Shown: in pieces, positions 13,448-27,647 of the stretch
How the letters are laid out: the number at the start of each line of letters is the position of its first letter
Position numbering within the stretch: position 1 is the stretch's first letter
NCBI GenBank assembly: GCA_964035545.1
Contig: OZ037767.1
Coordinates: forward strand, 12,238,401-12,302,400
DNA: 64,000 nt
Direction of reading: 5' to 3'
Origin: Bugula neritina
Lineage: Eukaryota > Animalia > Bryozoa
Made by a program: the position numbers and the translations under genes
The notes under the pieces: model-generated
Databases searched by the model: none
What the model was told of the DNA's origin: nothing
What the model saw: the letters and a program-made list of their open reading frames with translations, nothing else

Positions 13448-15937
13448 AATTAGTAGCTTATATAGCTACAATACTATAGTACAACATATGATTATATTAA
13501 ATTCATATATAATGAAAGTAATGACAAATGACAACAGTCTGAGCCATGGCCATTAATATTAAAGTATAATTTATACTAAATATTTCGTTATCAGTATCAC
13601 ACTTGCAAAAATTACTTACTGAATAAAGATATAATTATAGATAAATATAACTAGTATTTAGTCTATTAGATTTACTATTGTAGTTGGTATTATATTTTGC
13701 AATTTAGTATAATTATATATTGCTATTAGTATTACCACTAATAATTACTATTAAAGGCTGTTAAAACTTAACTAAAAACTGAGTCAAACCCAAGTGTATT
13801 TTTCTACAAGCCAACTATTGTAATTCAACTTGCTAATTCAATTTAGATAGGTAAAAAGTTACATTGTCACTGTCTAAACTAGAGTCATTCTATTTTAACT
13901 AACAGTAACAGTAAGCCATAAACTTGTGTAACTTCAATTTGAAACTTGGTAAAAAGCTACTATTGATACTGATAGTTATACTGTGATAGTGATAGCCACC
14001 TATGATTATGATAGTTATACCAATAGACATTGCTGAGTAGTACTATTAGTATTGCCATTGGGCTTGGCATTGCCTACAACATTCAATGGCAGTAGCCAGT
14101 GTGAGTATCGGTATGAAATTATGTTAGACTTAGTGTAATGAATATGAGTATCACTATCTCTATCAGCCATCAGGCTAAGCCTAAGGGCTAGGGCTTAAAG
14201 TTAATTTTAGTAGTTAATGTTGTTACTCATTTAGCAATTATCACTATTAGTATTAGTATTACTGTATTACTATTGAGTATTGTCTATTACAGTATTAGTA
14301 TTACTATTACTTATTAGTACTACTATTTCTGAGTATTAGACTTACTTTTAATATAATAATAATAGTAACGGCAATACTAGTACTGCTATTCACAACAATT
14401 ATCACTATCACTATGAGTATGAGTATCACTATCACAGTATCAGTATGAGTATGACTATCATCACTATGAGTATGACTATCACTATGAGTATGACTATGAG
14501 TATCTGAGTATCAGTATGAGTATGAGTGTGACTATTGCAATTGGGAAAATGATATTAGATTTAAAAATTAGGGTAATTATTAAAAGCTCAAAGTAATTTA
14601 GCTAATAAGTCAACTAGTTATTACAACAAAAGAATGTTTACTGCCAAGTATCACACTCACAGCAAAGAGTGAAAATTCAGGAGACACTAGTCACTAGTAC
14701 TTTGTATCTGCATGGAGAACGACTATAGATCTTAACTTGGTAACTAAAGCTACCGTGCTTCGATCTAGGCCTTGTCGGGTTAAGGTAAAAACACACTCAG
14801 CGACAATCACGTTAACATTTGCTCTATTGGGCTCGGTGGGCAATTTTTTCCTTTGCTTAGAAAGCTTGACTGTTCGGCCGCTACACGGTTGTATTTTATC
14901 GGCAGACTTTCTGAAACTAACAGCGAAATAAAGTTGAACTAAGCCTTGGCCGATTTAGCGTTTGTACGCCTATTTTCGCGAGTCAAATTATTCAACGCGT
15001 AGAAAAGGATTTTCAAACACCCCTCCCTTAAAATTGAGTTATGTACTCTTTGATAAAAAAGAAAATAACTCTACAGACTACAATGAGCTTCTTATAGAAT
15101 CTAGAATTTAGATTTTAGATGATTCGGGTTCCTTGATAAAAAATATTATCCTGCTCCAGTGTTATAAATAATGTTTCTGGTGGTAGGATCTTTTAGGTTG
15201 TGTCAAAATAGAAATAATACCTATCTTGGTATTAACGGCCCTTAAGTTCTTCTTCATTTTAAAAGCTAGTGTTTGTTCTATAACACTATTTATGCTGTTT
15301 GTATAAATTAGTATTTTATTTTCCTTTTCAATTTAATTTATGCTTTTATTTTTGCTTAAGGTGTTGGCAGCTTTCTATTGTGAAGAGCAAAATTCAATTT
15401 ACAGACCGCAAAACCTTCTGATCAATTATCATTTATCCACTCGCGTAATACAAATTTATATTAGTAAAGCAACATATTTTAATATAATCTGAGATAAAAA
15501 TGCATATATTTAGAGCCTAAACCAAATGCTATTACAAGCTTACACAGCGCCACAACCAGTGTATAAGGAAGTAATTCGACATTAGTAAGCTTTTATTATT
15601 TTACATATGCTACCAAGTCATTTAAGACAATTAGCATTATAAAGTACCAATAATGCAAAAGGGAAATTGAAGCAAGTATGCATGATCAAGGGATAAAAAC
15701 TGTAGCAAGAAAGAAGAAGACGTGTCGCATGCATCGTACAGGCATATATTGATGGCAATAACCTCATAATAAATGGAAGACCAACAATAGCAGTTGTTGA
15801 CAAGAACTTCAATTTTTATAAATTAATTTCAATTAAAATTAGTGAATAGTTACATGATTATCATTACATATTTAGACTTAAGATAATGATTAATTTGTTA
15901 GCAAAACTCCGCATTAGTTTCTAGGATTATATTTGAG

Positions 15938-15951
15938 GTTTCTATGGTTAC
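15938..15951. promoter_or_regulatory. Possible RFX X-box (GTTTCTATGGTTAC)
   Basis: Motif match only, in the interval between the 5' ends of the CEP170-like and P450 genes. Confidence 0.25.
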
Positions 15952-16914
15952 AATATGAAACCCTCATAGTGATTGCTTTGTAACAGGATAGTATGGCCCA
16001 AGTTAAGTCACTTTTGGCTAAATGTGGGGTGAGTGACCATGTTCAGTTGCTTGTAACATGTAACATATGTGTGGGTATGGCTCCTAATGTTACGTAACTA
16101 TCTGCCACAACAACTACCATCACCAATAGTTTAGTGAGTGTGTAGCTATTCCACCAGTCAGCTCGTGAGTACACATCTCATAGCATAGTTAGGTGCAGAA
16201 ATGTAGATTCTTCTTAGCCTAAACTTCTAAGTTCTAGATTAGCTTTTGATTTTGGAAAGAGATTGCTTTAATTCACAGACTGCAACTTATTGTGCTGCAA
16301 ATATTTGCTATAACTTGTTTTATTCAAAATCCCTGCACCTCTGCAAGTAGACAATTTTGGTAGCAAAAACGTATTCTCCTAATGTCTTTTAAATAAGTGT
16401 AGAAACCACCAATGTATGAGGATAGAAGTTACTAATATATACAAGGATAAAAGTTACTAAAGTATGAGTATAGTAGTTACTAATGTGTGAATGATTTTGA
16501 AAAATTTGAAATGTTAAGGTTCTCATTTTAACTAAACTTTTTAAAATCTAACTCCACTATTACAATATGTTGAAAAAATAAAGTAAAAGCTGCAGCCAAA
16601 GTTGCTTTATTTATAAAATATATAAATAACTTTTATTCTTTTAAATATTTTGTATTCTATGCTAATTTCCTTAAACTAAAATTTATCATTATATTTTTGA
16701 TAAGATGTTTTTACAGCACACATAAATATTGTGTGACAACTTCAAATTAACTTTATATGCACGATTTGTATGACTATATTCAAATTACTTTAATTGGGCT
16801 GTCAATATGGTAAATAATTTTTATAGCTGTAAAAACTTCTGTTATTGAATAATAACTATATACCTACATATTACAGGTTATCCAGTATTTAGTCTGCTTG
16901 TTGAGTCACAATTT

Positions 16915-19900
16915 ATGTGGGCGTTTGTGATACCCTTTCTACTATGTTTGGTTTCAATAAGACTCTGGACTAAACTTGTTGAGCAATCTGCAGACTCCAA
17001 CTGCAAGCTTCCACTTCCTCCTGGAAGTTTTGGACTACCATTCATTGGTGAATCCGTGGAGCTGGCATGGCGGGTCTGCAACACAATATTTGTTTTGTAG
17101 TGCTTAATTGTTAGACAGAATACTGGTTTTATAGCGTTTAGTTGGTAAACAAAATATCTGTTTAGTAGTGTTTAATTGGGCTTCATAACATGCAAACTAT
17201 ATGCACACAAATATGTTCATGCCAATGTTTTATATTTATAACTAATTTATTGAATAGATTGTAATTGGTTTGATACTTTAATGTTTTGCTAACTAATGAC
17301 CTAAAATTAGAATATTTTTAGTGCTTAGTTTTAATAAACTATACCAGTTTTATAGTTTCTGTTCAAAATCAAACAACTTTAAAGCATCATGGTCATTCAT
17401 TAAGTTTTGTTTTTCAAATTCATAAACTCAGTCATACATAACGGTTGAGATACTCATTGCAGTCTGCACTTCATGTTACAGGGCCGACCTTTTTTCCAGG
17501 AAAGAAGATCAGTTTTTGGAAAAATATATAAAACTCATCTAATGGGCCGGCCAACTATAATGGTTTGTGGATTCAATAATATTAAGAAGGTAAAAACACT
17601 GTTTATAGCTACAGTATTGGTTTACTTGACTGTTTTTGCAAGAATTTCATTTATTTTTACTTTTCTTAAAGTGTGGTTTTTCTGAATAAATGCTAAACCA
17701 CAGCTTTTTAATATAGTTTATAGCTCTAAAAGTAATGAATATAGTTTAGATGTACTTTTCAAAACTTTAATTGGCCTATTAGTTTTATAACAAATTATAA
17801 TTATTTTAGAAGTCAACCAATCATAATCGAGGTATTTTCACATTTATTGTATCAACAAATCTTCATGCAAATACTTGGCTATTAAAATGACTCTTGAAAA
17901 TAGATCATCCTAAACTCTTTGTGTCTCATTTCCAATTCAGAGTTCCATCGTTCCCTTTTATGATGGCTCTTGTAATGACTTGTGTGTTCTTGAACTAAGC
18001 CAAGGCAGCAATTTTGGTGGCTGGCATATGTCTCGAGATGTAGTTGTAATGGCTGCAGTAGTCAATAGTTAGATTAGTCTTCAGAAAAAGATTAAAATTA
18101 ATAGTAGCTTTGAGCAAAAGTTTGTTTCTATTATATGCATATAAATATTGCTTGACACTTTTAGATCTTGAAGTCTGAAGAGGTGAACGTAAGTGCTCAA
18201 TGGCCGCAGTCAGCTAAGATGCTGATTGGACAGTCTTCCTTAATGGCTGCTTCTGGTGAAATCCATCACATGCGGAGACAGTGTGTCTTATCAGCGGCAA
18301 CCAAGCCTGTAATATCTGGTATGTAGCAGAGGTTAAGGGTTATTAATAAAACACAGTAGTATTTGCATTATATTGGATAAGTGCATTTGCAGTTTGCACT
18401 GAATCTATTTCACGCATATAGCGAACAAGCCAGCTCATAGCTAATAAGTATATACTTGTAATATACTTATATGAACATTATATTATTGTTGTTATATCAT
18501 TATAATCACATTGCAATTATTATACTATGGTATCTATTGCTATATGTGACACAATACGTGTGACAAAACTTTATCTTTCTGCTCTATAATTAAAAAAAAG
18601 TTTAAGAATAAAGACAGTTACTAGGAACTGACCAAATTGAATTATTTGTTTAATTTTTGCTAACAAAAAGATAAAATTACAGCAGAAATTATATGCGCAA
18701 AAATTATCAAGTGCTTATTTAAAACAAATATGTCAATTGCATGCCCTATCACAACTACTCATGCAAACCCACAACAAGCTAGGTGGGAAATCATGGCATA
18801 GATGCCTGTAAAATCAAACTGGTTAAGATATTACACTTTGAAGTGCAGGCTACTAAACCAGAAAGTAAACTTTATTAATACGTACAACTTTTTAATACAT
18901 GATTGTTAAAGAGTTGTCTGCCCTGTTAGCATTTAGCTGATTCATGACATCCTTTTAGCATTAGGCAGTCATTAATAGTAGTGTAATAAATAATTGTAGA
19001 GCTCTTTCCTACAATTCAAGAAGTTATAAAAAAGCATTTATGTAAGTGGGTGACTCAGAATACGATACTGGGTGAGAGTGAGAGCAGGTACCTAGCAACA
19101 GACCTGGCAACACAATGTTTACTTGGATACACTTACAACAACCGGGAAGTTTACCAAATTGCTGAGGCCATGAGCACTATGGAACAGAGTTTCTTTACTT
19201 TTCCTTGTAACTTACCAGGCTCTGCTTTGCGCAAGGTGCGTTTGCCCGTTAATCGTTTGCATGTGAGTTGTTTGCATGAGAGAGTAGGCTATAGCCTAAA
19301 GCTGTATGATGTAACTCAGTTGAGAAGGTTATACCTTGATGATATCGTTATATTATTTAAAATTTTCAACCAAATCCTTGGTATAAACATAAAATGTAAA
19401 ACTAAAAATATGCAATGTGAAGCAATAAAATGATACAATAAATGCACTATATTCTGCATAATAGTGCTACAAATCTTAGTTATAGCACAGCTACAAAAAA
19501 GTATAGCATTTCAAATACTTATAATTGAACGCTAGGCGATGGAGAGTAGGGAGGTTGTTGGGAAACTGCTGGACAAGAGTATCGAGTACCAGAAAGCACG
19601 GGAAACAGGAAGTAGTGTGCTAAAGGCAATGTTGCAGAATAGAGGATCCAACCAACTAACTATGAGTGAAATTAAAGATGTGAGCATAGAAATGGTCTTC
19701 TGCGCTATTCAAGGTCAGTACTATATTGTATGGCTTATTTATCTTAATTCCATATGCTGAAAGTAGTTCTGCATGTAAGTACTGTATATGGAGAATATGG
19801 TTTAATGGTATATAGCAAATTAAAGATGCAAGTATAATATACTTGTCTAAATTCAAATATATATGTTCAAGTTTGTTAACATTTCAAATAAAATTATTTA

Positions 19901-22900
19901 AAAGTGGTATATAATACTTTTCTATAAGTGTTTAAATCGATTTATTTACAAAAGTTAAAAATTGTGGTTCAGAGTTGAAAAAATATAAACTGGGTAAACT
20001 ATCTAACAAAATAAAATGATATATAAATGACTTTCAGGTATGTCTAAGGCTATCTGTACTCTGCTACTAGAGTTAGCTCGTCACCATCATGTCACTGAGA
20101 AAGCTTGTCAGGAACTGTTTCACCTAAATCTGCTGGAGACTCAGACAGTTGGAGATCTAACCGTCAACAAAATGGCTGACCTAAATTTTATCAAAAGAAT
20201 AGTAAAGGAAGTGCTTCGAATGGCTCCGCCAATAGGAAATGGTTATCGGCATGTTCTTAGAACTATGGACATAGATGCAAGTATCTATTATAAAGTTATC
20301 TCCACTACACATAAACTAGTGCTATAGAGATGATAAAAGTTTATGAAAAATTACCAAGTTCAATTATAAGCTTTTTATTGAATAAATGTGAAAATGCTGA
20401 TAGTAAATTAGTGTTAGTACAAAACTAGAGGTTGTAATAGTATAATAATATGTTATACAGGGCTATCAAATACCTAAAGGGTGGGCAGTTCTGTATAGTA
20501 TTAGAGACCAGCAGAAAAGTGGAACCAGTTGTGAAAAGTTTGACCCTGACAGGTGGTTGCCTCACAGAGATGTTACAAAAGTGGACCAGTACATGTATAC
20601 GCCGTTTGGTGGCCCTGGCCAGAGGTCATGTGTAGGTAAGACCAGCTATAAACAATATTGATAGCTAAGAGAAAATGTAGAAAATGAAATGCAGTTTTAA
20701 CTCAAACAGAGTAGGAATTGGATGCAAGGGAGGAACTTTAACTTAGACGCATTAATTTACTTTTGGAGTGGACACCAAACTGCTTAAATTGAAGTTTCAT
20801 GGTAATATACACAAAAGTTCCAATGAAAAGCATTTCGATTGCTTTGTAATTAGTAAAATTTCTTATGGCAAATGCTTGATGCAATAACAGATTTATTGTA
20901 TATTACTGTAAAGGTAGTGAACACAAGAAGTGTAACAAAAAACGAAGCAATGGTGAAATATTCTTGTCATTAAATATAATATGAAGAGTGTGTGTAGTTT
21001 GGGCTCATGACACTCTAGAGTATAGACTCTAGACTCTAGAGTGTCATGGCTCCAGCAAGAAGATCAGTTACCCTTTTTGGCTCTTGAGTGGAGTTGTCTT
21101 CCCACTTTTCAAAAAACTGGATGCAGCTATTTGCTTTTTTCCTGGCTTTGTCAATATTGGTAGAGCTAAAGAGCACCAACTCAATCTGTAGCATTCGCCT
21201 ATTGTAGCTACAAGGCATAGGAGTAGTTTCAGAGCATGAGTAAACACTATTAAGCGTAGGTAAGCATGGGTAAGCATTAGTAAGCATTAGTAAGCATGGG
21301 TAAGCATAAGTAGGCATGGGTAAGTATTAGTAAGCATGAGTAAGCATAAGTAAGCATTAGCAAGCATGGGTAAGCATTAGTGATGAGAAGAGAGTAAAAA
21401 CTGTGGAGCCACAGTCTACATATGTAAAGTCCATCCACTTAGTAAAAGTCAGTTTGGTACTATGTGCTCCTTATAAAATATGTTCTAGTGGATACGTTAG
21501 AGCGCAGAAGATGTATGTGTACTGTACTTGCTTTGCAGGTGGTTAATAGAGTTGAGTTGAAGAGACTAAAATTGCAAATTGACCATGATCTTAATGTTTG
21601 ATTTTCTATATCTATTAGGGACATAAATATTTAGAGGCCAGTTGAGGATCAGGGAGTTCACTAATAATTGTGTATTAATATTAAGGCTATGGCTTTTCTT
21701 GATACTTCAATGACTGCATATTCAAGGGGCTTTTGACATTTTAAAGCATAAGCATGGAAATTGAAGATGATCACCGATAACTGTGTTTTTGCTGTAGCAC
21801 ACCCCATACACACGCAAATGTTATTTTCTAGCACTTTGTGTTGAAAATCTATCTTGCGCACCTCTCAAGAGGCCCTGGTCAGTCTTATAAAAGACAAATA
21901 TTTACCATCATTCTCTAAAGAGCTTCCACTCTGCAGCAGCAAGTAGCACAATGGCTTCCTAACGTATATGGGTTAATGTTGCTCTAATATCCCGTCAACA
22001 TACACAATGATGCTGAACTAATTGCTATAATTTTATAAAAATTGTTAAACAATAACATTCATCACTTTCACAATTCTCAATAGCAGCACTTCTCTCCTGG
22101 CCCTTACTGCTATTAACTTCTGTTGATTTTCAAAGTGAGTTGGTGTTTTCTACATACCTCCTATTGTTTGAAAGGCTCATCATCTACAGTCCATATTACG
22201 ATTGCTGTTTAGCAACTTATTATTCCACATCATAAACAATATATGCAAGTGCCATCATGCATTGCACAACCTATTAATTTACTATAAACATTCAAAAGTG
22301 ATACTATGACCTATTGCAAGACACAGCCATTTGAATGCTGCTATCACATTTTTGCAGTAAACTTTAATGAGAACCCTGAATAATTATCTATGAAGTAAAT
22401 AGCATAATCATAACACACCTATTGACTCATAGACTTGTAAATGTATGGGTGAGATTAACTGCAATTAGTATACGTACAATGTCACCGCATGAAAAGATAT
22501 AATTGCATATTGCACACTTTTAGCAGCAATTCCCCCTTTTACTTCCTCTACGTCTTTTCATGTCATTGTCAAATGTTGACAGTACCTTCTTTCTATACTT
22601 TTAATGCTCTGCTATGGCCACATGATTTAATTAAAAACAACTTAAAATCTACTACAAAATATTTTATTAGGAAAAATATGACTCTTATGTTTACTAAGAA
22701 TCACTACAGACCCTGCCAGCCTAATTTATGCCTTGATATGATACCACAGTAATATATTGCTTGAAGTCAAATACTGTCTTCATGTAAATAATAATTAAAA
22801 TAAATTATAATTTACTCATCAACACTTAGCAAATTTATTACTAGAATACATATCAGATACATGGGTGCCGGGTGCTTGCAGGTGCCCAAAACCTACATAA

Positions 22901-24012
22901 TACGCATAGCCTATGCTTATTGACTAATTTACCATTCTCCATCTGGTTTTTTAAACTATAAACGTCTAAATTGACTTAAATTTTTTAAACTTACAGAGTT
23001 TAGAGAAGTGTTTATATAACTAGCCTAAGCTGTTAGTTAACAACATAGCTGTGCTAGAATGAACTATAATTATGTAGTTGAATAGTTGGCAAAGGAAAAT
23101 GTTATTGACAGTTGGTGAGTGAACTGTTTATGTAACTGCATGATGTACAAGCAGCTGCTTTCATGTGAAGCACTGATGTGTGGAATAAACACTACAGACC
23201 CTTGCTTTGTTTGTCAGGATCCTGACCCCCTTCAAGGTTTCATACGAATTGAAATTAAAAACAAGCTGGTCTACTAGATAGCAGAAAGGGATATATGTGA
23301 TATTCAATAGTTACCTGGTTGATGTAATTTAAGCATCTAGTAATACAGTTCATGGAAGAACTGCTAGAGAAAAATCAAGTGATAAACTCAACAAAATTTA
23401 ACCTGTTTTGCTAAAGCAGCTGTATAATAACCAATCACTCATTAGCTTACAAAATTTACTTTCTAAATATTTTAGTTATAACACAATCTGTAAAAACTGA
23501 CCTCCCCTTTCCCATAACCAGTCTCCTGGATTAGAATAAAGGTAATAGTGATGTACTCTTTTGTGTCCAGGTAAAGCAACAGAACTGATCAAGATACAAA
23601 CAACTTTTATATAATATTAGTTAAATTTTTTTTAGTTTTTTCTAGTAATTGCTAAAATATATAATGCAATATGCAACTTCATAAAATATACAACTATAAA
23701 ACATATGTGTATCAAATATACAACTATATAACAAATAAAACTGTATAAAATATTATACAACTATGTAACATAGCATTGCACACATATTATGCTTACACAT
23801 GCTGTAACTATAACTCATGTCATATTACAGGTGAGAGTTTTGCAGTGTCTTGTCTGGAGATTCTCACAACTGAGTCTATAAGGAACTGTCAGTGGAATCT
23901 GATGGAGTCAAACCCTGCTATGAAATACTTTTCTACAATAGAAGCATTGGATGGGCTGCCACTTGTTGTTTCTGAAGCTTCACCTTTCAGGCAGCGAAGG
24001 ATTACCCTGTAA
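16915..24012 (+). CDS. Cytochrome P450, CYP26-clan-like and divergent; 8 coding exons, about 476 aa
   Basis: Exons 16915-17073, 17482-17589, 18165-18318, 19000-19235, 19536-19713, 20038-20276, 20461-20635 and 23831-24012 total 1431 nt in frame. Motifs: N-terminal TM plus LPLPPGSFGLPFIGE, KTHLMGRPTI, K-helix EVLR, GYQIPKGWAVLYSIRD, FDPDRW and heme loop FGGPGQRSCVG. The frame is open upstream of the ATG to an acceptor at 16876, so the true start may lie further 5'. Confidence 0.9.
21255..21380. repeat. 10-bp tandem repeat (TAAGCATTAG/TAAGCATGGG)
   Basis: Read directly from the sequence; intronic. Confidence 0.85.
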
Positions 24013-26011
24013 AGGTGTCATTGCCTAAATTAGCATTTAGCTGCTAGTATTTACCTGCTAGTATTTACCTACTTTTAATGTCTGAAAATATAAATAATGT
24101 TTTTAATCCAAGCATCACATCAAAATAAATAAAAATACTTCATGTCAAAATGGTTCTAATCATTTTAGCACATGCTCTGTTAATACTTCCTGTCATAGCA
24201 CACGATGACATAGTAGCGTATTACGTAGTGATACACTCTTATCATGTAGTGATATACCGTATCATGTAGTGTTATACTGTATATCATGTAGTGATACACT
24301 GTATGAAATTCTAAGCAAGTGTAGGTGGTTATAGCTACTTAAAAAGTTAGTTACTACTGAAAATGGAAAATTGACAAAAATAATATACATAATACTGAGA
24401 CTACCTTGGCAAGTCCTGTAATCTAGATAGGGAGATAAATCCACAGTAGTCAACAACACAATACTAGTAATAATAAAATCTGATATTGGCAGACCTGTTT
24501 ACTGTTACACCACTGCGTGAGCAAACAGTCATGTGGATGATGCAGGATTAGCTTCCTGGATTCCTGTAAAAGATAGTTTGATTAAATGTAACCAACTGCA
24601 ACTTATTTGGCAACATGATGATGAAGGTAAATGATCTACTTGGCCTTTTGACAAATAGTTTCTTAACAAAATGTTTTTGTTTTTTTTTGAGCTTATGAAA
24701 GTGATTAACACTAATCTTATCATTAAGAACTTTATGTGGCAACTCCTATGATTTCACAGGAGAGTATTTGAATATTTTCATTCAGCCTTTATCAGCGTAA
24801 TCTTAGTGAAAAGTTGTTTTGAAACCTGAGAATAAATTGCACTGGAATTTCTTAAAAACAATGTTGACCTATGTTGTTGGAAATTACACTGCGTGCCTCA
24901 AGGAAGTTTCATTGTAATGTACTCTATTATTGTCAACAGGTTGCATGACATTCTTTTTATACAACATGAGGTTTGGAGCATAGATATAATATATACTTAT
25001 TGTCAACTATCCTCAATCTTACAACCAGCTTACATTATGGTGAAGATGTAGTAACTGTTTGTATTAGATGTCTGCAAGCATGAATAAGATACCCAACAAA
25101 ATAGTCTGCAATCACCTGATTCATCAGCTATTATTAGATTGTTTAACACTAGAAATATATTGGGCTCAGCTAGTCTTATTCATACACTGAGGATTCTGAT
25201 TAATCATTTTACTGTTAAGCTGATAAATTTGCCATTTGGCTGTCAAACTTTCAACATTTCTTTGTCCTTGAACCACAAAGAAGTGTGTGGAAATTTCAAA
25301 GACAAACAGGCTTTTGTTATTGATGAGCTGAAGAGTAGAGTGACCTAGGTCAATATGACAGATCAGAAGTGCTGAACTATGACTCAATGCTGTCTGCTTG
25401 AAACTATGCCATTATATTTCATTAGAATAACATAACAAACACATTGTCATATAACTTTGTGGGCCAAACACTGCAACTAAATTTCAAAAGTACACTGCTT
25501 TACTTAGGTCTTAGAACATTCATTTAGACATAATGAAAACTATCAGTGGTAGTAAAAGTTATGAACAATATACACTAAGTAATGCAGCTAAAGAGGTTAC
25601 CCGCAGCACTTAACGGGATTTTCTGAAGACTATAATAAAGATTCAACGGTTCTGATTTATCGTAAGAGGATCAAACAGTTTCATTAATATCAACTGTAAG
25701 AATAAAAAAGGTTGTAGCCAACAACACCATTTCTTTATAAGTATCGTCGTCTCTGAAAATCAATGAATTTTATACATATAGAGGCAAACAATTATCAAAA
25801 CTCTGTTTCCTTGCAAGACTTTTGCAAATATTCAATTCAGGAAATGCTGAGATCTTGGTTTAAACTCTTTTAGAGTCAAACTTTTGAAATTCTTTGATTA
25901 TATGCCAAAACACTACTTATAACGGGCTGATAATATACTAGTATTTTATCTCCGTTATCAGTGAAAAACTAAATTCTGATCAAGTTCTGCTTCTCACTTT
26001 CACTTGCGTTT

Positions 26012-26105
26012 TCTAGTTATCTGTGTCTCACAAATTTAGCGTCTAGTTTCCTGTGTCTCACAGATTTAGCGTCTAGTTACCTGTGTCTCACAGATTTAGC
26101 ATCTA
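26012..26105. repeat. 30-bp tandem repeat, 3 copies
   Basis: Unit CTAGTTWYCTGTGTCTCACARATTTAGCGT. Confidence 0.85.
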
Positions 26106-27647
26106 AAATACTGTATAATATGTTTAAAACGGCAGAGTAACTCAGCTTTAACTCACTTACAAACAAAGAAATCTTCAAAAGCTAGTTTATGCACAAGTTT
26201 GTCCTTTTTTAAGTGGTGTTCGTTTATGGTTTTTAAAAATTCACCTGTTCAATCCAAACTCTATGCCCAGAGATATACGTAACAACTCCAGTACATGAAA
26301 TGAAGCTTTGATTGCACACATTGCTTGCTAACACACTGTCCAACTTGGCAATTAAGTAACAAAGTAGAAACTTTGGATTTTGAAACTTGTTACTTTCCAT
26401 GCTCTCACTTGAAGATTGACTTCATTGCCTGTTAATAGATCTTTGTACATGTGTTGCAACATACCAGGCAATAGAATTGCAGTATATTTGAGCCTTGCTG
26501 TTTTTCATTAGTTTCCTTTTAGACCAAGTAAACAAAAGTGATCATTGGACTATAAGGTGCTGCAAAATTTTTACTTTGTTCATCCCTATGTTATAATAGC
26601 TTGTTTTGCTTTACAATATAATCACATTATACAACATAATCGCTATTAAGAACATTTTAGTTATTCTGTTTTTATCTGTTAACACTCTTGCAACAGAAGA
26701 TGACCATTTTTCTTCTGCTATAAAATACCGATTGCACTAAGCAAAATGTGCAAGAACCATGAGAAGAACAATAAATTATTTAGGAGTTGTCTGCTTGTAG
26801 AGTTGCAGCCAACCAACCAATAGAATGTGAACTTGTCTTTGTTTACTTTTTCTCTCAGTGAATTGACCAGTTACTCATTTAGGCATTCCAAAAGATGTAA
26901 GTTTATCATAACCTGCCAAACTCTTAACAATATTTGAAGCACTTCTTTGTGGATTTTGCATGAAACCTGCTGACTTCAAGTGCCCAGACGCACTAAAGCT
27001 AGCAGTGCAAGATTTGTCCTTCAAAAAGACAACTCCCACAGAATAGAATTCCTCTTGTTTTTAATTTCCAAGACTTCAAGCAATAACAATAATTTCCTCA
27101 ATGAATGTGGTGCAAGAACAGTCAACTGTATGAACACATTATACTATAATTGCTTTGCTCCAGAAGTCTTTCCACTCCTACATTTTTGGCAACTCTTCTA
27201 GCATTTTGACAAGCTGTTATTATGACTTACCTACATGTTTTGCAATACTTTTTACAAAATGAATCATCAATATTTATTGTGTGGTATGCTCATAATTGAT
27301 AGGCTTGCCAACATTACATGCTGGCTAGTTATTTCTTTGACCCACAACAGTTTTACAGCTTCAGTTTGACGAAATGATAAGCCTTTTCATAGGTCAATCT
27401 GATATCGCCAGCAGTGTATTCAACAAATACATGTGTTGATGAAGTTTTTCAATTTTATTATCAACTTGTCAAAAGCAAAACTTTGGCCAATGCACTGTGT
27501 CAAAAGAAGTTCATCATAAATAGAGATATATACAAAATATACAGTATTTACAAGCTCATCCAAGCAAACATTACAAAATAAATTATGATACATTACTATA
27601 GAACAATATATACACCATTCACATTATAACACCTGTTTTGTGCAGGA

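Noticed and set aside
25588-26141. Possible Kolobok-like element (TAAAG...CTTTAA ends)
   Set aside because: Terminal similarity is too short and degenerate to support without other copies.
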